Assembly: GCA_964016885.1 (NCBI GenBank)
Contig: OZ024742.1
Span: 139,314,001-139,378,000, forward strand
Length of the DNA: 64,000 nucleotides
DNA from: Eledone cirrhosa
Lineage: Eukaryota
Direction: 5' to 3'
Shown: in pieces, positions 52,100 through 64,000 of the stretch
Numbering within the stretch: the first letter of the stretch is position 1
Layout of the letters: the number at the start of each line of letters is the position of its first letter
Notes under the pieces: generated by a model
Told to the model about the DNA's origin: nothing
Databases searched by the model: none
What the model saw: only the letters and a program-made list of their open reading frames with translations
Position numbers and translations under genes: made by a program

Positions 52100-54413
52100 T
52101 ACATGATGTTCATGGAGCTAAAAACACTGCTAGCAACAGAAGGCTTTTCCCTCAAAAGGAAAGGCAGACTGTATGATCCGTGCATACGAACGACAATGTT
52201 TCATGGTAGTGAGACCTGGGCGTTGTGTGCAGAAGAATTGCGTAAATTAGAAAGACACAAAGCTTGCATGCTCCGATGGATGTGTAATAGTAATATATGC
52301 GAACGGCAAAGCAAAAATGGATTAGGAGAGCGACTAAGCATAAGAGGAATTAAATGTTGTGTGCAGGAGAGGAGATTGCGTTGATGTGGACATGTGATGA
52401 ATGATGACAGTTGCATAAAAAGGTGCAGATCACTAAAAGTTGATGGAAAGATCTGGAATGAGGTGATAAAAACTGATCTTGCCCAATTGCACCTCTTAAA
52501 GGCGATGACATAGGACCGAGACCTCAGAAGACACGAGTTCTCACAGAGACAAGCCAAAGCTGAAGCAAATGGACAATATGCCCCCATGCCCCTCCCACTG
52601 TAAAGTGGTTGTGTAGGTGACATGACAAAAAGCACCCAGTCCACACTGTAACGTGGTCGTGTAGGCACCATTGTAATAAAGCACGCAGTACTCACTTTAA
52701 ATGAGGTTGGTGTTAGGAAGGGCATCCAGCTGTAGAAACCGATCCAAAATCAGTCCTGTATGAGCAAGACACTGTCACCTGACCTGGCATTGCCCACAAC
52801 AGGACAACCCGTCTAACCCATGCTAGCGTGGAGAAATCGACGTAAATCGGTGATCATGATGATGATGATGATGATATATATGATATATATATATGATATA
52901 AATATGATATACATATATATAATATATATAATATATATATATGATATACTTATAGTAAGTCCAGTAAGACAACCTCTCTGGTGATGGTGGCACGAATAAA
53001 AACACCCAGTCCATGCTGTAAAGTGGTGCTGGTGTTATGAAGGGCATCCAACCAGTATATATTAATGCCAAAAAAAAAAATTATGAGCACAACAAATAAG
53101 TATTACAATAACTGCGTAAACAGCAATAACACTAACCTTGTTAGGGCTGCGCATGGTAGAGGGGTGGCTAGTGTGGCCATGTGCGAGAACCCCCTGTCTG
53201 TCATCAAGCAATCGCACAACAAGAACAAGAATATGAAGACATCGAATCTCAGAGTTGCCACACTTAATGTTGGCACTCTAACAGGTGGATTTGATGAGAT
53301 AGTGGAGTTGCCAGAGAGAAGACATGTGGATGTGTGCTGTATGCAAGAGGTGAGATGGAGAGGTGCCTCAGAAAGACTAATCGGAGGCAAACATCTTAGT
53401 TATATGCTTTTCTGGGTAGATAATGATGATGAGTTAGGTGGGGTAGGCATTTTACTGGCTGAGAGATGGATCGATAAGACAATAGAGGTAGTTAAAGTCA
53501 GTAATATAATAATTAAGATTAGATTAGAAAGATGAGAAAGACTGCTTTTATGAGAAACTTTTGAAACAGCCACAATCACAGAGGACAGAGACATCGTTAT
53601 GCAAGCAGGGGACTTCAATGGTCATGTTGGACAGCTCTAGGATAGAGGTACAGATCTTGGGTACATAAGAGATGTAGTGGGATAGTAGGCAAACTTACAG
53701 GTAGGGAGAATTAAGTATACAGTAGATGTACAGGTAAATTTGACAGTAGAAGTCGCATTGATAGAAACATTTTTCAAATGCAGGTGGGTTCTATAGAAGT
53801 GGTTGATAGCTTCCAGTACCTAGGTGATCAGATTAGCATAGGAGGGGGTGTTCGCATGCCATAGTATCTAGAATAAGGTCGGGTTGGAAGAAGTTTAGGG
53901 AGCTGCTTCCTCTGCTGACGAAGAAGGGTTTTTCCCTGCGTACGAAAGGCCGGTTATATGATGCCTGTGTGAGGTGCGCGATTCTTCATGGTAGTGAGAC
54001 ATGGGCAGCAACTGCAGAGGATATGCGACGGCTGGAGAGAAATGAGGCAAGAATGCTCCATTGGATGTGCAATGTCAATGTGCGTGAACGGCTGGGCATG
54101 GATGTGTTGAGAGAGAAACTGTGTCTGAGAGGTATAAACTTTTTGTGCGGGAGATGAGCCTGAGATGGTATGAACATGTGATGCGCATGGAGGATGACCG
54201 ATGCGTGAAGAGGTGCCAACAAATGCAAGTTGTAGGAAGACGTAGTAGAGGAAGACAACAAAAAACATGGGCGGAGGTGGTGAGACCAGACCTCAGATCG
54301 CTGAAGCTCACTGTGGAAATGACGAAGGACCGTGAAAAGTGGAGAGATGGTGTAATGAATAGGACCCGTCCCACCCTTGCAAGCAGGGAAAAGCGGACGT
54401 AAAATGATGATGA

Positions 54414-54415
<2 letters not shown>
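52100..54415 (+). mobile_element. RTE/BovB-type LINE fragments (3' piece 52100-52870; APE piece 53065-53640; 3' piece 53780-54415)
   Basis: HGSETW..MLRWMC; LRVATLNVGTLTG..CCMQEVRWRG..GVGI; (gat)n tails. Confidence 0.85.
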
Positions 54416-54448
<33 letters not shown>

Positions 54449-54470
54449 ATGTACATATGATATATATATA

Positions 54471-54583
<113 letters not shown>

Positions 54584-54798
54584 ATATATATATCATTTAT
54601 ATATATATATGTAGATAAATCTACCAAAATATATAGTGGTGTCCAATCCGTATGAAGAACTCAATGTAATCCAAATATCATGAAAAGAGAAGATGCATTC
54701 AAAATTTTTTCGATGAAAATCACAGGAAAACAGAGTCAAGATAAATTAATAAAAACAATGAATAAAAACAAAGAACAAGTTCTTTATATTAAAAAATT

Positions 54799-54932
54799 CA
54801 TAATTTTACGATCCTTTCTAGGATATATATGTGTGTTGGTATGTATATCATATAGATCTATGTAAACATTTTACAAACTATCAGAGGAAATATACATACC
54901 TTCACATATATATGCTGTCATCAGAAATAATG
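54799..54932 (-). ncRNA. Long-stem-II hammerhead in the 3' pLTR of the adjacent Naiad-like element (partly degenerate)
   Basis: cattattt CTGATGA ... GAAA g gatc GTA aaattatg. Confidence 0.55.
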
Positions 54933-55647
54933 ATATTTGTTTATTGAAAAAAACGAACAAAGATTTAATATAATAGGTCTGTTTGGGAACAGGTTTTGAA
55001 TTGACCAATAGAAAAGTAGTAAGTGGTCAAGTTGATAGAATAGTAGTAGTAGAAATTTAATTTAGGGCTAGAGGAATGCAGACTAAGTTTTGAATGGAAA
55101 GAATACTTTGAATGAAAAGAATACTTTGGGGATGAAAAGAGATCAAGCCGGTGAAAGGTACACGAAAATTTGATGTTATTAAAGAATAATGCTAATGTTA
55201 AAATCGAAGGAGAATAAAATTTTAGGGTAAAGGTGTTAGTGTGAAATACCAATCTTATTTAAAACACAAGGAATTTAGATCTATAACAAGAAATTAAATT
55301 GATTGATAGGTATACTTATAGGGATAAATTTATATTAATTCATATGGATGTGATAAATAAGAGTTAGATGTTATTAAAGAATGTTGTTAAAAATGAAGGA
55401 AAATAAAATTTTGGGGTAAATGTATTAGTGAGAAGTACCAATCTTATATAGACTACAAGGAATCTAGATTCATAACAGGAAATTAAAATAGTTTATATGT
55501 ATACTTATAGGTATTAATTTTAGGAAAAGAGAGCTGTAAAAGGAAAATAAAATTATGATGTTCTCTGTAGTAAAGTACTAATTATAGGTTAACTAAATTA
55601 AAAAAACTAATTATAATAATATGTAAAATATAATTGTAAGGTGTATA

Positions 55648-56990
55648 TTAATTAGGTTTATAATATTTGAAAGTTCTTCTAATTCTATGATTGCAAGATA
55701 TAATTAATTCTTGTCGCTTATTTAATAGGATATCCTTAAATTTCATTATTTCAAAAAGTTCCTGTGAACATAATCTACACTCATATCTGTTATTTTGATA
55801 AGGGATGGCCTTTTGAGCACACTCCAGGTCAGGTTGTAATCGATATTCTTTTTTCTATAATTATTAATTGTTTCAGTCAAGGATGTTGTATTAGCTAATG
55901 CGGCATTTTAAAAACTATGTTTGTAGGTATTAAATCTTACTTTAAATTGGTTAGAAATAGCTCTTATATATCAATAAGTTGAGTCCTTAGTGCTAATTTT
56001 ACATTTATATACTATGTTATTAATAAGACAATTTCCCTTTAATGGGCAATTTCTTTTGTTTCTACAGTTACAACCATTCGTGAATATTATATCAGGGGAG
56101 TTAGTCAAATTTGGTGTGGAATTTACTCGACTTGTTATATGTGAAGGAGATGGTGGTTTGTTGCGGTTTATTTTAGTATTATGGTTGGTTTGATGTGTTG
56201 GTGGTATATTCGTGGTTTTTTAACATTTATATGCATTGTACGCACTTTTGTTGTATATTTTTGGTAGTGGAGTAGGAAAATTTGACAGTTGATCTATTTA
56301 AAATTTAATGGTATTTATGGTTTGGCGGGAAGTTTTTCTCTAGGATAGTAAAAAATTTGTTAGGGATATTATCTTTAATTTGTAGATTAAATGGAGCATT
56401 ATACCAAGTAACTCGTCTATTACGGTTTCGATGTTGTTTTTTATATTTATACGATGTATCAGGATGTTTACCAAGAGTGTTAGTATTAGTGGAATTTATT
56501 ATATATAAGTTTAGTTAGATTAACTGATTTAGGTGTTTTAGTCTGATTATTAGGAGTTTTGTTAGTAATGTTATTAACGTATATTGGAGTATTAGGATGA
56601 ATGGTTTTTTGAAAGTTATTATATTTTATGTGAGAAGAGGTAGAGAAATTAAATTTTAAGTTGGTGTTTTGGGGTGTAGTGTGAGTGGCATTTAGGTGTG
56701 GGTTTTTCATTTGGTGTTTGTTGGTAATATTGGGCTGTATGTTTGAAGTATTATTGGTGGAAGGTATATAGACTAATTTTTTTTGTGGCCGCTTCTAGCT
56801 AAAGCTTCGTAATAAAAGGGCGCATTTTTATCGAATACATCCTGGTTAGATGAAAGGTTAGAAATTCTGAGTTAGATATTATATGCTAGGTTTTTAAGGA
56901 TAGATCTAGGGTGATTGGATTGTGAGTGTATGTAATGTAAGTTTTGGTTAGGTTTATGGTAAGGGTACCAATACGTTCTCATCAGATAAA
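55648..56990 (-). pseudogene. 5'-truncated Naiad-like Penelope ORF (RT thumb plus GIY-YIG endonuclease)
   Basis: YPYHKPNQNLHYIHSQSNHP; WYNAPF..FNRSTVKFSYS; CNCRNKRNCPLKGNCLINNIVYKC; CRLC..E..LLNKRQELIISCNH; with stops and frameshifts. Confidence 0.85.
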
Positions 56991-57345
56991 ATACAAAGTT
57001 TGTTTTTTATAAATAGTGACATACCCAGGAATCAGACCTTAACGGTTCAAGTTCCGTCTGGATATCCCTTTGCTTATATATATATATGAAAATAGGGAGA
57101 AAAAGACGATTATTAGGAAGAAAAATATATAAATAAATAAATGCCATTGTTAATTAATAAATAAATTAACTAATACATTAAGACTTCACACAAAGTAAAA
57201 TATTTTGTTTTAAACATTTTCTAACCTAGAAAAAAGAGAAAAGAATAAAAAGGAAAAAAAAAAATTTTTCTTCCTAATAATCGTCTTTTCTCCCTATGTT
57301 CATAAATATATATATATATTCCAACTCGTGTGCTCCTTCTCCACA

Positions 57346-57567
<222 letters not shown>

Positions 57568-58689
57568 TACCCACTCTACTACCCTAAGTATTGAGTACTC
57601 TGATGCGTTATGGTCCACCTGGTTCCTTACCACATTTCCTTCGTTATATATATATATATATATCAACTAGAAATAGATTGACATATATATATATAAAATA
57701 AACATATGAAACGGTCACAGGGAATAATTTGTAAAGAATGTCAGCACACAGAGCTAGGTAGGTAACTAATTAAAGTTTAACTAGAACTTCAAATATAGAT
57801 ACCTTTTAAAATGATTAATCTCCTTTGTATATATTTCTTTAAGTAAGAAATATATTTCACCAATTAATCCGTAAATCACAGTAGTCAAATCCTGGATGGT
57901 CACCAAAGGAGAAGAAGATAACTATCTGCGTTTACAAAGCAAATGCAAATCTGTGAATGACTCGAACTATTTCTAGTTGATATGTAATGCTCAGATCTGT
58001 TCATTGGAATCTTGGAGCTTATTATACAGTGGATATGGCGCATGTCTCTCAGACATGACAACCCTTAATTTTAATTTTGGATATATATATATATATATTG
58101 TTATACTTTGGGAGGGTCATCTTGTTTTTACAACAATATGGCGTAGGACAGAACAAAGGAGAGGCACAAAACAAAGAAAAGAATCCCCAGTCACTGAAGA
58201 GGTCACAGAATGGGTGACGAAAGAGCTTTGACAATATATGAACAACCGTCCGGTTGTGGAACCAACCAACCGGAAATTTATAAAACATTAGATAAAGATT
58301 AGATAACGATTGCTGATGTATATTGTACGACAGAATTAGCTGAAAAATATTTTGAATGAACAAATAAAAGAGATATAGTAACCTATACATATTATAAAAT
58401 AGAGATGTTTGTTGGTTGGTACCTTCGCGTATCACACGAAAAAAAACGAAAAGTGACAATCGGAAAGTATGTACAGGATTGGGATAAGAGTATATACAAG
58501 AAAGTTTATTGAACGTCAGATGATTAAACGTCTGAAACATACTTATATTTACGTACAGCCGTACTAAGAGTGAGAAATGAAATTACGTTTCATTTTTTCC
58601 ATTTATCGTTTTCGGTGCGCCCGGCCGATTAACTCACTCGATATGCAAATTAGGCTGCTCAGCCGTTAATATGCATAAGGAAAGTATAT

Positions 58690-59256
58690 ACTTTCAGACG
58701 TCCAATCATCTGTCAGGAAGGTATACGTTGCTGACGATAGCTAATAAGCTTGAAACTAGTACATCGTTCCTTTGTCAGTGTTGAACAAAAGGGAAACGAT
58801 GGTTGCTAAACACTGTACGGCTTAATTCGGGATGTTTGTTTACAAACAAACCGAGCATTATAATAAATGTTCGGTGAATCCATACGTACATATATATATA
58901 TATGTGTGCATGTATGTATATATATACGTACGTCTGTATACATATATGTATGTACATATACATACTTATATATATATAGAAATGTAAGTATGTATACGTA
59001 CATACATATATGTATACAGACGTACAGTAGTATGTATATATATACATACATGCACATGTATATATATATATGTACGTATGGGTTTACCGAACATTTATTA
59101 TAATGTTCGGTTTGTTTGTAAACAAACAGCCCGAATTACGCCGCAACCATCATCGCCTTTTTGTTCAACACTGACACTGGAACGATGTACTAGTTTCAAG
59201 CTTATTAGCTATCGTCAGCATCGTATACCTTCCTGTCACATGATTGAACGTTTGAA
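58690..59256. repeat. ~190-bp inverted repeats flanking a TA/TG-rich spacer
   Basis: ~58690-58885 is the reverse complement of ~59075-59256. Confidence 0.8.
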
Positions 59257-59563
59257 AGATTTTCCTAAGAGTGAGAAATTGAAAATTAGAATTGGTATAT
59301 TTCAGAGTACCAATTCTAATTTTCAATTTTTGCTGAACCGGCAACCGCTCTGTATAATCAGTTCCTGATTATTACTGGAATTCTATAAGAATCCAACATT
59401 CATAATTTTCAATAAATAAGGGGAGTGCTAGGCTCTGACAATACCAACAGTATGAAACAGAAATCTGTCAGCTTATCTCCCTTTGTGTGTTGAAAAGGGA
59501 AGTAAGTGACATAGTCACTACTTTAAAACAGTAGCGTAAGGTCTTCAAGATGTTTTTAATTAA

Positions 59564-59598
<35 letters not shown>

Positions 59599-59639
59599 CG
59601 AAACATAAGTCAATTGCATGAACTCATAATCCTTTATTT

Positions 59640-59695
59640 ACTGCTATATATATTTTGATGATAGCCATTGAATGGCTATGACCTCATCAGGCAGT
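59640..59695 (-). ncRNA. Inactivated minimal hammerhead (GAAA>AAAA)
   Basis: actgc CTGATGA ggtc-atagccatt-c-aatggctat-catc AAAA t atat ATA gcagt. Confidence 0.5.
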
Positions 59696-59767
59696 TAGTC
59701 AGTTCTTATATATCTTATATATGCCAGCTCTGTGTTTATGGTGTTGATGGTATCAGAGACTTGGGAC

Positions 59768-59805
<38 letters not shown>

Positions 59806-60301
59806 GGGCTATATATATAGTGATATAAGCTATGTGATAGCTTATATCACATAGGTATTTGTGTATTTAGTGTATCGTCAGTTCGTCTTTTTCCATTTAT
59901 ATTTGGTTTGTTGAATCTTATTTCGCGCTGATTTCTCTTGATTCGTTTTTTTTTTACATTGCATCACTGGAGATATCATCATCATCGTCGTCATCCTCGC
60001 CCCCAACATCAATACTACTACCAGCACTATAACCAATTCCGCCACTAACATTACCACCATAAACATCATCATCATCGTTTTATCTCATTACACTTACACC
60101 CATTTTCATACATAACACTAGGTTGTTGTCACACATTGTGATGTAATTAAGCACGAAGCAATAAACACCTGTCAACCGTTGATCCCAGTAAAATCAGTGG
60201 CTTTGTCGATGAAGATAAGTGATATTAATTGGGACGGCATGTTAAGACTTGGGTGTGGATCTATCATAATTTTTCATAAGTTAGAATAAATAAAATGGTA
60301 A

Positions 60302-60985
60302 TCTATATATATAAAGTTGTAGTTCCTGTCTGTTTGTTTGTTTGTTCACGAACTCCTCCTATGGTTTTGGAGATAGACCCCTATAACCATATGTATTCTG
60401 AAACTACATTGTCCAGGGTACTTGGATAAGTATATTTCATTTTAATCAAAGGGTTCCCCGGGGGCACACACGCCTGCTGAAAATGTTTTCCCTTCGATTT
60501 ATATGAAATTTAAACCATATGTAAATGACAAAATAGGATGCCTATTCACAAAATTTCAGCAAATTTCAATATTAAAACACTCTAATAGGGGTTAAACCCC
60601 CTACAGTGAAAAATTTGGCGAATAAATGGAACAAGATGTGTTGTAACAAGATTGCATGAGAACTTGATTGAAGCAACCATCATATTCGGGGCTTACAAAG
60701 GTTAAGTTCTTCTTATTCCGAGGATTCTACTTATGCCAAGAGATAGCGAGTTGTCTTTTACATTTAAGAGGCTGCAGTTCCCAGTGAGGTCATGCTTTGC
60801 CATGAACATCAATAAAAGTCAAGGTCAAACTTTCAAAACTATTGGTATAGATCTGACAAACCCATGTTTCAGTCATGGCATGTTATATGTGGCTGTTTCA
60901 AGGACTGGAACTTCAAAAAACTCTACATTTTAGCCAATCAAAGAAAGACAAGAAATGTTGTTTACCCTGAAGTTCTTCATTAGGA
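60302..60985 (+). mobile_element. Internally deleted Helitron (5' end plus PIF1 helicase C-terminus)
   Basis: TCTATATATATAAAG start; [35 protein letters not shown]. The 3' end was not located. Confidence 0.85.
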
Positions 60986-61814
60986 CAAAGTATGAAATAT
61001 ATTTTCATGTATTTATTATGTAAAAAAATAAATAATTAAACTTTGAATTTCTAATTTGAAAATAATGCTTTACACAAAACTGAAATGATCAAGTTTTGAA
61101 TTGATATTTTGAAAAATATTTACAAGAAACAAAATAAGAATAAGATTTAATAATGTAATTTTGATTTGATATATTACAAAAAATAATGTTTTGCAACTTT
61201 TCATGCATTACATTTTACATTGAGTAATATTGAAATGCAGAGTTTTTCTCCATAAATGATATCACTGATATCATTTAGAATTGAAGTCGCAATCGTGAGA
61301 TTGTGATTTTAATCTCCCGGCGATGCATTATATCTTTTATTTCACGTTGCTCTTTCTGCCTGGGGTTGCGACCGCTCGATCGTATTAGCAATGGAAAGAC
61401 CAATGAAAACAATGTTTGACGAGTTCCTCCCTGGAATCTTGTCGATCGATTCGATCACTGGGAAGTAACAACTTCTCTATTGATGAGCTGTGCTCAAGTT
61501 AGAATCTTTCGGGCGAAATTGTATGCATGTATGTATGCCTGTGTGCTTGCAAATTACTGTATGTATGTGTGTTTGTGAGAGGGAGAGTGTGTATGAGTGA
61601 CAGTATGACTGTACATATGAGTGAGTGTGTATGGCAGGATGAGTGTGTATTATTGTGTATGACAGGATATGTGTGTATGGTAGGATGAGTGTTTGTATGC
61701 CTGCATGTGCATGTATGTATATGGTATGAGAGGATGAGTGTATCTATGTGGATGTATTTATGCTGACAGCAATACAATGTGTTACACAGATAGTATTTAT
61801 GTGACGTGACGTAG

Positions 61815-63640
61815 ACTGTACTTCAACTGGTGTGAGGGAAGTGTGCTTCAACTCGCGTTACATAGAGAGTATTGGTGTGACGGCAGTGTACTTCAACTGG
61901 CGTTACATAGACAGTATTGGTGTGAGGGCAGTGTACTTCAACTGGCGTTACATAGACAGTATTGGTGTGACGGCAGTGTGCTTCAACTGGCGTTACATAG
62001 ACAGTATTGGTGTGAGGGCAGTGTGCTTCAACTGGCGTTACATAGACAGTATTGGTGTGAGGGCAGTGTACTTCAACTGGCGTTACATAGACAGTATTGG
62101 TGTGAGGGCAGTGTACTTCAACTGGCGTTACATAGACAGTATTGGTGTGAGGGCAGTGTACTTCAAATGGCGTTACATAGACAGTATTGGTGTGAGGGCA
62201 GTGTACTTCAACTGGCGTTACATAGACAGTATTGATGTGACGGCAGTGTACTTCAACTGGCGTTGCATAGAGAGTATTGGTGTGAGGGCAGTGTACTTCA
62301 ACTGGCGTTACATAGACAGTATTGGTGTGACGGCAGTGTACTTCAAATGGCGTAACATAGACAGAATATTCTGACGGTAGTGTACTTTATCTGATGTTAT
62401 AGAGATACTATTGGTGTGGTGGTAGTGTGCTTCAACTGGTGTAACACAGACAGTAATGTTGTGACGACAATGTACTTTAACTGGTATTACAAAGATAGTC
62501 AAGGTGTGACTACAGTGTACTTTAACTGGTAATACAGAGATAGTCATGGTGTTACGACGGCGTACTTTACCTGTTACAGAAATAGTCCAGGTATGATGGA
62601 GAGTGTACGTGAACCAGTGTACTGGTGTGACGACAGTGTACTGTAACTGGTTTTAGGTAGATAGTATTGATGTCACAACAGTGTACTTTATCTTGTGTTT
62701 CACAGATAGCATCTGTGTGAGGAGAGTGTACTTTTACTGGTGTTACAGAGATAATCTTGTTACGACAACAGTGTACTTCAGGTGTGACATAGATAGTATT
62801 GGTGTAATAACAGTGTACTTTACCTGGTGTTAACAGATACGGTCTTGGTGCGATGGCAGTGTACGTGTGTTGGTGTTACTTAGGTAGTATTAGTTTTAAA
62901 AGAGTACATCTCGGCTGGTGATACACAGATACCGTCTTGGTATGAGGACAATGTAATTTAACTGGTATCAGGACAGACAGTCTTGGTTTGGTGTGTCAGT
63001 AGTGTTTTTCTACTGTTGTCAATAGAAAACATCTGGTCTAATGACTGTGTACTTTAAATTGTGTTACACAGACAGTATTGAAGTAATGCCAGTGTAATTC
63101 TACAAATGTTGCATAAAAGTATTTATGTGGTGACAGTGTACTTTAACTGGTGTCACACAGACAGTATTGATGCGATGGTAGTGTACTTCAACTGGTTTAC
63201 GAAGATAGTATTGGTCTGACAGCTGTGTACTTCTACTGTTGCTACATAGACAGTAGTGGTGTGGCAGCTGTGTACTTTAACTGGTGTTACACAGATAGTT
63301 TTTGTGTGACAACCGTGTACTTTGACTGGCGTTACAGAGATAGTATCGGTGTGACAGCTGTGCAATTGAGCTAGTGTTACACGGATAGTATTGGTATAAC
63401 GGCAGTATACCTCTACTGGTACCAATACAGACAGTATTCGTGTGACCACAGTGTACTTTCACGAGTGTTACAAAGATAATATTGATGTGACCATAATGTA
63501 CTTTGACTGGTGTTACGAGGATAGTATTGAGGTGACCACAGGTACGTTGACTAATATTACATAGATAGTATCAGTGTGACGTCAGTTGACTTCAACTGGT
63601 AACAAAATGGATAGTATCGGTATGAAGACAACGTACTTCA
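61815..63640. repeat. 45-bp satellite: ~12 homogeneous copies (to ~62370) followed by degenerate copies
   Basis: Unit gtgtacttcaactggcgttacatagacagtattggtgtgagggca. Confidence 0.95.
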
Positions 63641-64000
63641 TCTTTAGTTAAGAATTTCGCTTCTGTGCTACGTACTTTCTAGAAAAACTAGGCAGTTAGT
63701 ATCATTGGTAGGTGTATTCTGACATAGCTTTGGGGTCAACCTAAGCCTTGGGAGGAAGATTTGGTAGATAGAAATGTGTGGAAGCCTTAACAAATGACTG
63801 TTCTTGTGTGGAATCTCGTGGAATGGACTGTACTTGTAATACAAAGGGCCATACTTGTCAAACACTGTATCACCGTGAATCTCCATGAGAATTCCTTCAT
63901 GTGTACTAGTGTATGTGGAATGCCCGACCACATACATGTTAATTTCATGAGCTAACTGTTTTCGTTGATCGAACAACTAGAACAGCTCCTCGTCGAAACC

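Noticed and set aside
55965-55980. In-frame TGA in the second Naiad-like endonuclease as selenocysteine
   Set aside because: It is not at a conserved Cys position, and the copy has other stops and frameshifts.
61832-62374. 180-aa repetitive ORF, or a CRISPR-like array
   Set aside because: It is a head-to-tail 45-bp satellite with no unique spacers. The ORF stays open only because the unit length is a multiple of 3.
63668-63976. 102-aa minus-strand ORF at the window end
   Set aside because: No recognisable motif, an in-frame stop immediately upstream, and it sits at the window edge. It cannot be supported without a homology search.

Overview
This is AT-rich, repeat-dense animal genomic DNA. 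The long (TA)n tracts and the SINE and LINE types suggest an octopod cephalopod, which is an inference. Almost all listed ORFs are microsatellite artefacts or transposon pieces. The main signal is missed by the ORF track: the 3' part of a + strand micro-exon gene. At least nine 24-nt, phase 1-1 micro-exons (ttacag|24 nt|gtaagt) lie between 2.7 and 25 kb, amplified by nested tandem duplications, and a terminal exon at 38.9 kb encodes a GPI-anchor-like hydrophobic tail. Spliced together they give a Ser/Thr/Ala/Pro-rich, mucin-like stalk. The micro-exons differ almost only at codon positions 1 and 2, while their flanking introns are nearly identical, which points to diversifying selection. The rest of the window is mobile DNA: an intact Tx1-type LINE ORF2, two Naiad-like Penelope elements, several type I hammerhead ribozymes (some with long stem II, including a ~550-bp retrozyme-like unit), fragments of RTE, R4/Dong, CRE, Helitron and mariner elements, tRNA-derived SINEs and a 45-bp satellite. 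All calls are from manual reading; no searches were run.
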